Part shown: in pieces, positions 43,260 through 55,741 of the stretch
Numbering within the stretch: the stretch's first letter is position 1
Layout: each line of letters begins with the position of its first letter
Assembly (NCBI GenBank): GCA_028534125.1
Contig: CM052817.1
Location: forward strand, 1,924,001-1,988,000
Length of the DNA: 64,000 nt
Direction of reading: 5' to 3'
Source: Lama glama
Lineage: Eukaryota
Notes under the pieces: model-generated
The model's database searches: none
Told to the model about the DNA's origin: nothing
Seen by the model: the letters and a program-made list of their open reading frames with translations, nothing else
Program-made: the position numbers and the translations under genes

Positions 43260-44760
43260 AGCTTGTAGTTGCAGATAAGTTATTTTGTGCAGAAAAAACT
43301 TTTTTTTTTTTAATTACAAGGGATTAGGTAAATTGGAGAATTTCTGGACAGAGCAGGGAGCCTAACCCAAGATGTGACCTGTACAGGGACAGTGACACAG
43401 GAGAAATGTGGACCACATGTGCTCCCTTGCTGAACCAATCCTTCTGGGATAGGGCTGGCTCCCGACAGATGGTTTCGCCAGGGTGGGGCCAGGTCAGGGA
43501 CTCCCCCGATAGGATCCCTGACTCCACAAGGCAGGGTATCGCCAGGAGGGTCCTGTGAGTGGCCGAGTAGTCTTTCTGTCCAATTCTGTATTTGGGGGCC
43601 AGGGAAATACCCATGGGGATCTGCGGGCCCACTGTTGCCTCATGACACGGACTTGGTCAATTTCCATATGAGCCCCAACTTTAACCAGAGGACAGAGCGG
43701 GGCTTGGATTATCCCAGAACCAGTGTCATCTCAGACTCTAAAAGGAACAGCTCTCAAAAAGTCTGGGCATCCTCCTTTCTGGGACCAAGTTACCTGGCAA
43801 ATTGGCTGGGCCCTAGGGGGAGGCTGGGAGACAGGCCAGCTAGAGAGAGTGGCATGGCAGGGTCCTTCTGCAAAAGGGCTCTGGGTCCTTGAACTGAGAT
43901 CTGGGGACAGCAGAGGGGTGGTGGCTCTCTGTTGGGGCAGCTGGCAGCAGCCTTCTGCTCACCAGCCCTCCTTTTCTGTAATTATGGAAAATGGCCAGCA
44001 CCAGTGAACTGCCCGCAACAGCATTGCCTCAGACCTTTGAGGGTCGGGCCCCGCCGGGCTGCCCACCCCAGCAGCTCCACCACCTTTCCCTGCCAAGGAA
44101 GCCCATCCACTGGCTTCTGGAATCCCTCCTGTGCTGTGATAGGAGGAACCAGCTACGGCAGCCCGTCCGCTGTTGGCCCAGCCCGCGAGGGCCGCCACCA
44201 AGGCCCCGGATGTGCTGGGGCACTCTGCAGGGTACATTTCTTAGGCTGAGTGACCATGCACCTTATTGCCCTGGATGGGACTCCCTCTGGAGAGAAAGGG
44301 GAGCTGTTACTAGTACAGAGGAAGTGTGAGGACAGCAGGTGGCTTCCGGGCAGAGTCACTGACCTCTGTCAACCTTGAAATTAAAACAGTCTTTTAGTTA
44401 TTTTATAAGTGACAAGGGTTCCTTCAGGAATAGCAGATAAATTGCAATTTGGGACATGCAAGCTACGACAGAACCAGAAGCAAGGCCGGCAAGCAGAGGA
44501 GGGAAAGTTTACTTGAGTGAAATGGAAGACAATGGGAGGGGCTGCTTTGGAGAAAGTTCTTTAAAGTAAAGCGAGAGTTCAGGGTGGTGGAGGCTTCTCA
44601 TTGGCTGGGGCTGTTGCCGGGTGGAGAGAAAGTCTTACTCTTGCTGGGAGGCCGGTGAGGCTGTCCCCAGAGCTGGCCCGCAGCCCCTGGCCTTCCACTC
44701 GGTAACGTGTGGACTCCATCTCTGGACAGCTGGAACAGCCTCATTTTGAGCTACCTGACC
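43260..44760 (-). mobile_element. ERV1-class remnant: MER67/MER31-like LTR (about 44367-44760) with probable adjoining internal sequence
   Basis: LTR end tgtcaacc at 44367 and gagagttcagggtgg...ttctcattggctggggctgttgccggg resemble this LTR group as recalled; extent of the internal part is uncertain. Confidence 0.45.
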
Positions 44761-44990
44761 GGAGAGAAAGGATGAGGAGGGAGACCTCGAGACCCTTCTT
44801 TCTCAGGGCAGTCATTGGCCAGCCATTAGCCCTTGGGAGGCTAGAGGGAACCAGGACCCACGTCCCACGGCAAGGGCTTCCCCTGGGTCTGGGTGTGGGG
44901 CCTGAGCAGCAGAGTGGGACGGCTCGCCTGTCCTGGACCTCGTGTGGGCCGGCTTGGCCAGCGCAGGTAGTCGAGGCAGCAGCAGCACCC

Positions 44991-45332
44991 ACTATAGGCC
45001 GTCCGTCCCCCACAGTTCATGTGTTAAAGCTCTAACCACCACGGGTGTTAGGAGGTGACGAGACCAGGGGGGTGGAGCCCTCAGTGCGGGGTGAGAGCCC
45101 TTGTAAAAAGAGACAAGGGTGAGCTTTTGCTCTCTCTCTCTGCTCTCCACCATGTGGGAAGACAGCCCTCAGCAAACCAGGAAGAGGGCCCTCACCAGAC
45201 TCCGGGTCTGTCGGCACCTTGATCTCAGAACGCCAGGCCCCAGAGCTGTGGGAGAGAAACGCCTGTTGTCTCCCCCCTCCCCCCCACCCCAGTCTGTGCT
45301 ACCCATCATGGCAGCCCCAGCCGACCAAGACG
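44991..45332 (+). mobile_element. MaLR LTR (MLT1A-like)
   Basis: gggtggagccctc, gcaaaccaggaagagggccctcaccaga, ggcaccttgatct and terminal atggcagccccagccgaccaagac. Confidence 0.8.
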
Positions 45333-45439
45333 TGTGGCATCCGGCACTCTCTGCTGGACACTCAGCCAAGGTTCAAGGCACAGGTAGGGCTGGGCGCAGC
45401 TAGGTGACCCGCAGAAGGGTCATGTGTCCCCACCCTGGT

Positions 45440-45779
45440 AAGTGCTGCTCCAATAGCACCACAAACTGGCGGCTCAGAAACAGCAGCATTTTATTTCTTG
45501 CGCTTTGGAAGCTGGTAGTCCCAGATCAAAGTGTGGGCAAATTCAGCATCTGGTGAAGATTTGCTTCTTGGTTCACAGACAGTTGTCTTTGGTCTGTGTT
45601 CTCACATGACCCAAGGGGTAAGGGAGCTCTCTCGGGTCCCTTTTATAAGGGCACTAATCACATTCACGGGACTCCACCCTCATGACCTCACCACCTCCTA
45701 GAGGCTCCATCTGCAAACACCATCACATTGGGGAACAGCTTCATCATGTGAATTTGGGGGACAATTTTAGTCCATAGCT
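45440..45779 (-). mobile_element. MaLR LTR (MLT1A-like)
   Basis: ccacaaactggcggct, agatcaaagtg, ttttataagggcactaatc, ctccaccctcatgacct, tgaatttggggg...agtccatagc. Confidence 0.82.
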
Positions 45780-46599
45780 GTGCTGTTGTAGAGACCATTG
45801 GCTCCAGGGCCTGAGAGCACTCCACTTCCCGCCCTCTGCTCAGCAGAGCGCAACAGCCCTCCTGACGGCCACCACACTTCTGCCAACGCAGCCCCACATC
45901 CCAGGATGCTATCCAGAGGTTTCATTTGCAAATATAAGGGGAAGATGCATCCTGTCAACATGTCAGGTAGTGAGAAACTTGTCCTTTGCTGTCATCTTGG
46001 GAGCATTAAAGGGACTCTGAAACGTAACTTAAAATTTTGATTTTTCCAGGGAGGGGCTTGAAGTGAGATGGTTGGTGTATTTGTCACGATGACTTAACAT
46101 ACAGCCCAGGAGGCTCCAGCCAGTTGTAGTCAGGAGTCCTGGGCTGGATTTTTTCCCCACACTTAGTTTGTACAACAAATGCCCAGCAGACCGTTTCCTG
46201 AAAATACTCTGGCTGGTCACTGTGACTAAAGGGAATGGAATTTCCAAAGAAAGAATGATTGCTGGTGAAGAAGACAATTGGAGGCAGGGGGAGAGCCAGC
46301 TCTGGACGGTCTTCCGGGACAAGGCATGGCATCTGGACAGCTGAGGGGGAGCAGGCCCCCTTGGGACCTCCAGGGCAGCCTGGGTCGTGCTGGACACAGC
46401 CTGTCTGGCCTCTCCCCCGTGATGGGGGATCAGGGGGTGACTGCGCTCTGCTGGGAACACCACATTTCCCTTCCGCTTCCCCTCCTTTAAAAACAAGACG
46501 ATTTCCCGGTGTAATGCAGTCTGATGAGCATCAAGGTGTGCGGAGGACAGGGGAGAGGAGGGGGTGGGGTTCCCGAGGCGTGGGGCGCGGGGAAGCGTC

Positions 46600-47700
46600 A
46601 ATGCACCAACGGGGACACCGGGGGAGGGCGTGGAAGGGGACCTGGGGCAGGAGTGGATCCGGGCAGTGGGCACAGGGTGTCCACACCGGAGCCGGACCCG
46701 CCAGCTCGCGCGGGCAGCGGGAGTTCAGCCCCAGACCTAGGAGTCCTCGCCCTCAATTCTGCCCCTCAGGTCCCGCCCCTCCCACCACAGCAACGCCCCC
46801 TTCATGCCCCGCCCCTCAGGCTCCGCCCCTCGTTCCTTTCTACGCTCGTCCCCTGGAAGTGCCGCCACCCCATCCTGTCCACTGGACTCCCGGTCCTCGG
46901 AGGCTCCGCTCCATAGACCACGCACTCCGGCCCATCCTGAGAGCCGCCCAAGACCTCGGAGGCCACGACTCCGCCCCACCTCACTCCTGGAAGTCCCACA
47001 GCCCGCCCTCCCAAGGGTTCCGCCTCTTTCTAGACCCCGCCCCCATAGGCTCTGCCCCTATCAGACCCCGCCCTTCAGAGAGGTACCTCCCCTTCCACGG
47101 CCCCGCCCCTCGTTGGCTCCGCCCCCTCCGTCCTGCCCTGTCGGAGGCCCCGCACTCGGCCACGCCCACTCAGCGGTACCGCCCAACAGACCCCGCCCCA
47201 GGCCCCGCCCACCCAGGCCCCGCCCCTCGGTCCCGGGCGACGGCGGCGACGACCGTTGGGCGCGAGGGCGGAGCGGATCGCGGCCGGAGAGCGAGCGGCC
47301 GGTAGGTTGCGGGCCGGGCGCTGGCCGCCCCGCCTCCGCTTTCTTTCTTCTCTGGGCGCGCGCTCGCGCCCTCCGCGGCCCGCCCCGCCCAGCGGAGCGG
47401 AGGGCTGCTGGGGGCGGCCGGCCCCTCAGGGTCCGGCTCGTCGGGGCCGCGGGCCGCCGCGGCCCTCCTTTTGTTCCCGGGCCCGACTCCGGGCCCGGTG
47501 GTGGGGCCGCCGCCTTGGTCCTTGGCGGGACAGGAGGGCCCGGGGCCGGGCCGGGGTCGGGCGGTCGTCCGGGCTGAGAGCGCGGGCCTGCTGTGCCCAC
47601 CGCGTTCGCTCGGACGTCGGCCGAGCCCGTGCGCCCCAAGGCCCGAGTCTGCACGGGCTCCCAGTTTCCTGTCCTTCCGACTGGGCAGCCGCATTGTTTG
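46600..47700. promoter_or_regulatory. RGS12: CpG island promoter with many GC boxes, probable RGS12 upstream promoter
   Basis: Very high GC and CpG density with about 12 CCGCCC motifs; gene identity comes from HTT-MSANTD1-RGS12 synteny only, as no RGS12 coding sequence is in the window. Confidence 0.7.
47230..47301 (+). other. RGS12: Probable non-coding first exon of RGS12
   Basis: Follows the GC-box cluster and ends at donor CCG|GTAGGT (47301/47302); start site approximate. Confidence 0.5.
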
Positions 47701-47829
47701 GCCAGAGGCCGTCTCCAGAGACCCCTACTCTGGAGATGAACTGCAGCAACGCGGGTGCAGTGCCCTGTCGGCTTCCCGTTCCAGGCTCTGTGCTGTGGCT
47801 CAGGGGTGCTTGGGTGAGACAGGGAGGCC

Positions 47830-48122
47830 CCAGAGTTGTGGGTGTAGACAGAGTCGTCCCGAGTTGTGGGATGTAGACACAGTGGTCCAGGGTCGTGGGG
47901 TGTAGACGGAGTGGTCCCGAGTTGTTGGATGTAGACACAGTGGTCCAGGGTCGTGGGGTGTAGACGGAGTGGTCCCGAGTTGTTGGATGTAGACACAGTG
48001 GTCCAGGGTCATGGGGTGTAGACAGAGTGGTCCAGTTGTTGGATGTAGAGACAGTGGTCCAGAGTTGTGGGGTATAGACTGTGGCCCAGAAAGGCCCTAG
48101 AGCTGTGGGGTGTAGACAGAGA
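47830..48122. repeat. Minisatellite, 29-bp unit with alternating A/B variants (58-bp higher-order period)
   Basis: tgtagac-type unit starts at 47843, 47872, 47901, 47930, 47959, 47988, 48017, 48044, 48073 and 48111. Confidence 0.92.
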
Positions 48123-49167
48123 CCTTGGGCAGGTGACCGCCCTCTCTGTGCCTGTTTCCCCACTGGTGGTCGGGTTTTTAACGGGACCTGCCTGTGGGGC
48201 TGCTCAGGTTGTGAGTGGATCTCTGTGGTCAGTGTCTGTTAACTTTCATGGTCACAGTTTCTGTGACGGGAAGGGTACTTGTAAGGCCGTGGGACCTGCA
48301 GGTGGGGACAGTGAGGCCTGCAGAGAAGGGGGCTCTTCCCTGGAGAGGAGGGTCAGAGGGCTCCCACCCTGGTCTGAGATAGGAGCCTAAACAAGCAGTG
48401 GGGAGAGGGTGATGAATAAGAGAGGATGTATTTCAAGTTTTACTTTAGAAATGTAATTGTCAATGTGGGGTTTCATAAAAATGCCTCCTTACCAGTGTCT
48501 TGGAGGCCTAGAGATTACAGGTACTAGGTGCCCGGCCTAGACCTGGGCCTCAGGGACACTCCTCAGGGGACAGCCCATCGCTGAGGCCAAGGAAGAGGGC
48601 TGAACGTGTGGAGCTGATCTGTGGGAGGGCATGGGGTGGCAGTGTCCCGGGAGATTCAGGAGGTCAGAGGGAGGCACTGAGTGGTCCTGGTGGACCCAGG
48701 GTCAAGGACAGGCCTCCTTTCCTCTCTTTTTAGAAGGAAGGGGCCACTGGTTAGGCAGAGGAGCAGGTGCAGGGCTGGGAGGCCAGGACCAGTGTGGTCC
48801 TGGCGGAGGAGATGGCGGCCCCAGCGGGCTTAGCTGGGGCACAGGAGGTGTGGGAGGTGAGGGCGGGCAAGGCTGCCTGCCCGGAGTCAAAGGAGCAGTC
48901 CGGTGTCGCCTGCCGGCGCCTCCCACAGCAGAACCTCCCACCGCAGAGGTGATAGCACATTCACTTTCTGATTATATTGTCATTTGACATTTATCTTTGT
49001 CTGAAACGGGCCCAGCAAAACAGTCAGGGTGAAGGGAAAACCATTGTTAAGACTTAACACATACTGCAGCAAGTACACAAAACCCAGAGAAGCCAGAGTG
49101 CTTTACATGTTCTTTGAATTTGGTGGAATTCCCATAAACATTTTACCTTCTTATTAGCCCTTGTTCG

Positions 49168-49527
49168 AGTTTCCTGTGGCCGCTGTAACAAATTACCACT
49201 AACTTAGTGGCTTAAACAACAGAAATGTATTCCCTCCCAGTTCTGGAGGCTGAAAGTACTTACGGCTTTTGGAGGCCATCCATTCTCAGTCCTTGGCCTG
49301 CGGCCCCGCATTGCGTTGCCCTGGCTTCCGTCCTTGTATCCTGTCCTCAAACCCACCTCTGCATCCCTCCGACTAGGGCACATGTGACCGCACATGGGGT
49401 CCACCTGCCTAACCTCAGGATCCTTAATGTAACCCACCTGCAAAGTCCCTGTTGCCTCTACGGTGACATTCACAATGCCAGGGCCTAGGACCAGATGCCA
49501 CTGGGGACCACCTTCCGCCCACCACAG
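49168..49527 (-). mobile_element. MaLR LTR (MLT1C/D-like)
   Basis: gctgtaacaaattaccactaacttagtggcttaaacaacagaaatgtatt...cagttctggaggctgaaag. Confidence 0.8.
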
Positions 49528-50599
49528 TGCCCAGACTTTCTGAGAGGACTGTGGTCCCTCCTGTTCTGTGCTGGAGAGCAGCCGTCTCTACCTTTCTCGA
49601 GGCTGGCCGGTCTGTCCAAGGGGCAGCTGCCACTCCAGTGTCCAGAGGGGCCACGTGTTTTCCCTGCTGTGCCCTGGAGGAGAGGCTGCGGCTGTCCCGG
49701 GAGAGAACCTGAGGCTTTCCAGGGGCTCAAGTTGGGCAGATCACTCGTTTTCACTTCTTGGGGTGGTGGTCACCAGCTCCCTGGGCCATCTGATGAAAGC
49801 TGTAGTTAGTCCTCAGTAGTAGACTCGACCCACGCGCACAGACACTTTAACACAGACACCGGTTTCCCTGCGGTTTTCAGGGGCTTCACGATCCCTTCTG
49901 CTTTCTCCCTCTTTCCCCTCCGGTGGCCGAGCTGTCCTCAGCCTGGTGGTCGGAATTCCCGACGCGTGTGCTCCGTTTTGCACCCACAGCGCTGCCTGTG
50001 TATCTTTTGCTACATCTTATTTTCATCCCTTAGCAGAGGTCTTGGCTATCCTTCCAGGACACCAGAGGAAGAGCCAGACCTGCTGATTGAAGCCCCAGGC
50101 GGCAGGCACTGTCCTGTCCTGCTGGTCCCCATCTCCCAGAGGCAGGCATCCCAGGCACCCTGTTTTCTCCGGCATTTACTGCTGTTTAAGCTGCTGTTTT
50201 AAATCTGTGTGTTTGAATTCTCTCCGAGGTGCAGGGAGGCACTAGCTCCCCTCTCTGCTGCACCGCTGCTTCGTCTCCCTCTGCTTCCTGACTTAATCGC
50301 TTCACCTTCTTTTGGTTAAACCAGAGTCCATTGTTGGCCTTTTTGTTACTGAACCACGTGGTACCCTGGAGCACAACTCCTTTCTCACCTAGCCCTGTCA
50401 CTCGGGTGTCAAACTCCTTTCCTCGCCTCCAGCATACTTCCCGCCATACCTCTCCCGTGATGGCCCTTGTTGCCGGGAGACTTTGCTCCTAGCGTCCTGC
50501 TTCCTGCCCCACTCCGTCTGGTCCCAGTGAGACCGGCGCACCTGCGCCCACGTGTCCTTGCGCCCTGGACCCTCTCCTCTCTGTGTGGGCTCACGCCTT

Positions 50600-53560
50600 A
50601 TTTTGCTGAAGTGCACAGTCGTAATAACTAAGAAACATTCAGTAAATCTTTCTTTTGCCCTTGATTTTGAAAATATCTTTATTTTACCCTTCAGTTAACT
50701 TTTAGTTTAGCTGGGTATAGAATTCTACTGAAAAGTATTTTCTCAGAATTTTGGAGATGTTCCTTCCTGGTATGTCGTTTCTGGCCCTGGTTGGTGCCTC
50801 TGTGGTTCCAGATGCCTATGTGATCTGGCCCTGGGGGCTCACGCGGCATCTCCTATGCCCCACATTCTGAACCATCAGTTGATGACGCGTGTTCCCATCC
50901 CTGTGCTGGGTGCCGTGGCCCCTTCAGCCTGAGGCCTGACTTGTGTATTATTCTTAATTTCCTTTCTTTCAGTTTTCTGTCCTCTCTTTCTGGAACCCCT
51001 TTTATTTGGAGGTTGGAGCTCCTGGGCTGACCTCTGAGCCTGACCTTCTCCTCTTGTTGATCTTTGATGTTCACTCTGGTCTCAGGAGAGTGCTTTGCAT
51101 TGTCTTCTCACTAACTGTCCCTTCTGTTACTTGTTTCATTTCCATCATCCTTTTTATTTCTCAAGTGTTCTTTTTTATTTTGATTTTTCTTTCCTGTTTT
51201 TTAAAAATAACATCTCATTATTTATTTAGAGATGCAAGGTCTTATCTCTTAGAAGATAATAATTAAAGGTATTTGACTTTTTATTCTGTCTTGTCTTCCC
51301 TTTTTCCCTCTATTTTTTTGTAGACTGTGCTCCATGAGACCAAGGATTTTCTTCCTCAGTATTATTTGTGGCCGAGTTCAAACACCTAAAATTGTTCCTG
51401 GCATCCAGAAGGAACACTGTATAGTGTTCAGATCTCCATTATTACTGACTTTTCGAGGTTAGGGATTCTGGTCATTCGAATGGTTGCTGAGAAAGATGTT
51501 AACGTCTTGAACACTGCCGGGATCGTTCATTTCTGCCTTCAGTCCTTTCAGGCTTTGCTTTATGTGTTTGCAGCCCTGGCACTGGGCTTGTGCATTCTTG
51601 GGATCGTTCGTCTTTGTGATGAGTGGACGATTTGTCTCGAAGCCCCTGCAAGCTTCTCGTGTCTGCCGTTTGCTCTGTGCGTCCTTTTGCTCTCAGCCTG
51701 TTTGTGTCTTACACTCAGAGTTAACATCTCATAAAGCCCATCCGATAGTTTCTACTTTTGAGTGTGTTTTGTTCACTTACATTTCTAGTGGTTACATTTT
51801 CCCCAAATTGAAGACTTCTATTAGTCAANNNNNNNNNNNNNNNNNNNNNNNNNNNNNNNNNNNNNNNNNNNNNNNNNNNNNNNNNNNNNNNNNNNNNNNN
51901 NNNNNNNNNNNNNNNNNNNNNNNNNNNNCGCCTGCCGCGGGCGCTCTGCTCTCTCACATGAGTGCTCGCAGGGCTGAGCTGGGCCTCCGGGTTGTGTGCG
52001 GCTTGTCCTGTTTTGTTGCTGTTGTTGCTGCTTTTCCTTTCCTGTCTTGTTTTGGGTTATTTGAATGTACGCATGCATGTGTGTACACACAAGTGTGTAC
52101 GTGTTTATGTTGATGTATGTGTGTAACAGAGGTGTGTGTATCTGTAATATACACACACACAAATATTCTAGTATTCTACCTTAATTCCTCTTTTGGCTTT
52201 TTGGCTGTACTTCTTTGCATTCTTTTAGTAGTCTGAAATACGTATCTCAACTTATTGCAGTCTGCTTAGAGTTAATTTTATAACGCTTTGCATAAAATGT
52301 AAGAATTTTGTGATGGTAATAGAAGTTCCATTTTCCCCCTCTGGGAACTACTGGTTGTCATTCTTATTGCATCTGCATATGCTATAAACCGTACACCATG
52401 CTGTTAGAATTTTTGCTTTAAAAATCCGTATGTATTTGAAATACACTAAGAGAAGGAAAATAATCTTTTGAATCACTCACTCGTGCACTCGCTGGTCCTG
52501 CTGTGCGTCATTCCCTCCTGCAGATTGGAGTTTCCACCTGCACCACTTCTCTTTAGCTTGAAGCACGTCCTTTCGATTTCTTGCCCGTTAGTGACGAATT
52601 CTTCCAGTTTTCCTGTGTCTGAAATGTCTTTATTTCCCTTCAGTTTTGAAGGATCTTCTTGGCTGAGAAGTCCAGTTTCTCTGCCCCAGCCCTCCACCTG
52701 CTTCACTCCCTCTTCTGGCGCCATTGTGTGCGGTGAGGAGTCGGCCCCCACTGCCCCTGCCTTGTCCCCGTGAGTCCCGTGGTGGCTCCACACTTGGCTT
52801 TGCCTTTGACGTTCAGCACTTGGACTTTGATGTCCTCAGCAGGGCTTGCTCTGTATTTGTCCTGCTCAGGGTTTGCTGAGCATCTTGGATAAAAAAGTTT
52901 CTAATTCTTCACCAAATTTGGGAAAAATTTGGCCATTGTTTATTCAAGTATTTTTTCTGCCCCGTTTGTTCTCTTCTCCTTTTGGTGCTACTGTTGCATT
53001 TGTGGTTGGTGTTTGCTATTGTCCCTCATTCAGGCCCTGTCTGAATTTAAAAATATTTTTGTGTCTTTTTCGTATTGGATAATTTCTATTTATCTGCAAG
53101 TTAACTCACCCTTTTCTCCATCTCCAGTCTGCTATTTAGCCCATTTCGTTGGGTTTTAAAATTTCAGTTACTGTAGTTCTTATTTCTAGAATTTCCACTT
53201 CTTGTTTATAGTTTCCATTTCTCTACTGGGATGTGCCATCTGCTTATTGTGATTGTATGTTCTGTTAAACCCTTGAACATTCTATGTCACCTGCTTGAAA
53301 GTTCCTGCCTGCTAACTTCAGCTCCTGCGTTATCTTAAGATCAGTTCCTGCTGGCTTCTTTGTCTCTTGACCGTGGGTCACCTTCCTGTTTCTTTGACCC
53401 TCTGCTCATATTTGATTGTGTGCTGGACGTTGTGGGCGACCCACTGTAGGGCCTCTGAAGAGTGCTGAGTTTGTTCTGGGAGTTAATCTGTCTGGACTCA
53501 AGCCGAACCCTCTGCTGTGACCTCTGCCTGGTGTGCTTGGTGTATGGCTGCCTCCTCTGC
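50600..53560 (-). mobile_element. Decayed L1M fragments (ORF1/5' region)
   Basis: Minus ORF 50853-51074 RGQPRSSNLQIKGVPERED resembles the L1 ORF1 motif RRSNIRIIGVPE; T-rich composition; boundaries approximate. Confidence 0.6.
51829..51928. other. Assembly gap (100 N)
   Basis: Run of N. Confidence 1.
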
Positions 53561-54711
53561 TCCTTGGAGTCTCCTTGTGCATGGGTCATTCAGGGGCTGG
53601 TCGGGGGCCCAGGCAGAGTTTACGAACAGATTTGAGGGCTTCCTGTGTCCCCAGTCACCTCCTGCCTGAGATGTGGCCATGTCCCCCTCACTTTCCAGCC
53701 GCCTGCCATGCCCAGACTCCATTCTTTGCCTTGAATCTGGAGGACTGCGGCTTTCCACCTGGGCTCCAGACGTGTTCAAACACACATCTTACCCAGTGCA
53801 GCCTCTTCTTTTGGAGAATGACTCTCCTCCAGTTTCTGCCTGCTTTCATAGCTCTCCAGTACCTTCAGATAGTTGGTTTTTGTATTTCTGTGCCTGTCTG
53901 GGCCTTGACTCAGCAGCACAGGAGGACCCCCGAGGCGCCGCCCTCTGCTTGCGGCCCTGCCGGCAGTGGGCAGGCATGGTCTCTGGGGTTTGCTTCTTTC
54001 TTATCTAGAGAATGGAGGAGCTGGGGAGTGAGCCACTCGAGCCTAAAGGAAAGCTTTTCCTTAGCAAATGCTGGATAGGATGGAGCCCTGGGCTGGATTT
54101 TCTAAGGTGCCTTTTCTTAGACGCGTACAGGAGTGTGGGGACCGAGGTGGCAGTGAAGGTGAGCATTCCTCACTGCCTCCCGCTGATGTGAGCCACCCGG
54201 GGATGAGGGTGGGTTGCGGTGCTGGCTGGTGCTGGTCTGCTCAGGGCAGGGGTCTGGCTGGGGGCTGCGGGGCACATGCACAGACCCCTAGATCCCATGC
54301 TCTCTGCCCACCCTGCTGTCTAGCTCGACCTCGGGCAGGCTGCTGTTCTGTGCCCGTTTATCTATAAAATGGGGTTAATAAAGAGCTGCTGTGAGGTTGA
54401 GCCAGGATAGGGTGTGTCAGGCGGTGGGGACTGCCTGGCACTAGGACCTCTCCATACCATGGCGTGGCTGCTGTGAGTGGGTGTGGGCCCGCTGGCACAT
54501 CCGTGTCACGCCCCTACTGCGGGCCAGGCTGGGGCTCTGGCGCTCCTGGCTGCAGCCCCGTAGAGCCTGGGACACATTACCTGGAGCACATGGGCAGAGT
54601 CGGGTCCCCAGACCGCCCCTCCCACCAAAGCCCCCACCCCCGGATGCCTGGAGTCCATCCCGGAGGGATGGGCAGCGGGGCCGCTGAGAACGGCTCCCTG
54701 GGCCCACCTGG

Positions 54712-55130
54712 TGCAGTCTCCTGTGGCTCTTGTGACAAAGCACCACCAATGGGGTGGCTTAAACGGTAGGAGCTTATTCCCCCCATTCTGGAGACAGACA
54801 TCTAGAGCAGCGTGTCCCAGGGCCAGGCTCACTCTGGAGGCTCCGGGGAGGGCCTTTCCCACCTCTTCCAGCTCGGGTGGCTGCCTGTGGCTGCTTCGCT
54901 CTGGTCTCTCCCTCGGTCTTCACATGGCCGCCCCAGTGTCTGGGCTTCCCTCTGCCTCCCCCGTGGAAGGACCCCGTCTCCGCCCCCACCCCCACCCTCC
55001 CACCGGCTGACCCAGTACCTTCGCCTCATCTTGGAAGCCTTAACTTAATCCATCTGCAAAGACCCTTTTTCCAAATAAGGTCACATTTCCAGGTTCTGGG
55101 GACTAGGACCTGATGTCTCTGGGGCCACCC
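54712..55130 (-). mobile_element. MaLR LTR (MLT1B/C-like)
   Basis: gggtggcttaaac, cctcttccagct, catctgcaaagacccttttt, ccaaataaggtcacatt. Confidence 0.8.
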
Positions 55131-55634
55131 TGCTTGGACCTGGGAGATGAGGAGCCATGTGGGGTCACGAGAGGGACCTCCTCCAGCCGCCTCTTCTCCA
55201 TTGCTCCCAGATGGTGTCTGCTCTGTCCTGTGTGCAGGTGGGGCTCGAAGCTCACCCTCACGCTGTGCCTGCTGAGGCAGGTGCCCTGTCCCCCTGAGAG
55301 TGACTGAGAGACATGGAGAGCAGACGGAGTCCCGCCAGCCCCAGTGGAGAGACCGGAAGTGGGACAGTGCGGCAGGCTGCCTCTTTCCCCTGCGTCCCGC
55401 AGAGGATGACTGGCCTTACATGTGGGCGGGGAGGCCTGGAACAAGACCCATTTGATGAGGAGGAAAATGGTTCTCAGTCTTTCCTGGGCATTTGGAGCCC
55501 AGTGGTGGCTTGGCGGGGCTGGAGTGAGACCGGGGGTCAGCCAGGCAGGTGGACGGAGGGCTTGACTGTGCCTCCTCCCGGGCCTGTGGGGAGGGGCGGA
55601 GACAGGGGACAGCTGGGCTCCAGCAGGGGAGACT

Positions 55635-55741
55635 TTGCAGTGTTTGGAACATAGTTATAATAAAAAATTATTCACCTTTTATGTGAAATTCAGATTTAAC
55701 TGGGGGTCCTTTATTTTCATTTGCTAAATCCAGCAACTTTA
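55635..55741. mobile_element. Half of a MER53-like hAT MITE
   Basis: aaaaaattattcaccttttatgtgaaattcagatttaactggg...tttgctaaatccagcaac matches one arm of the palindromic MER53 consensus as recalled. Confidence 0.7.

Noticed and set aside
46259..47577. 348-aa and 257-aa ORFs over the CpG island
   Set aside because: Pro/Arg/Gly-rich low-complexity translations expected from stop-poor GC-rich DNA; no recognisable domain.
47061..48163. Minus-strand ORFs with repeated LHPTT motifs, and a superficial CRISPR-like look
   Set aside because: They are translations of the minisatellite; units are contiguous with no unique spacers, and the DNA is mammalian.
52066..52160. Alternating purine-pyrimidine tract with Z-DNA potential
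   Set aside because: Degenerate (TG/CA/TA) microsatellite inside an old L1, a common feature.
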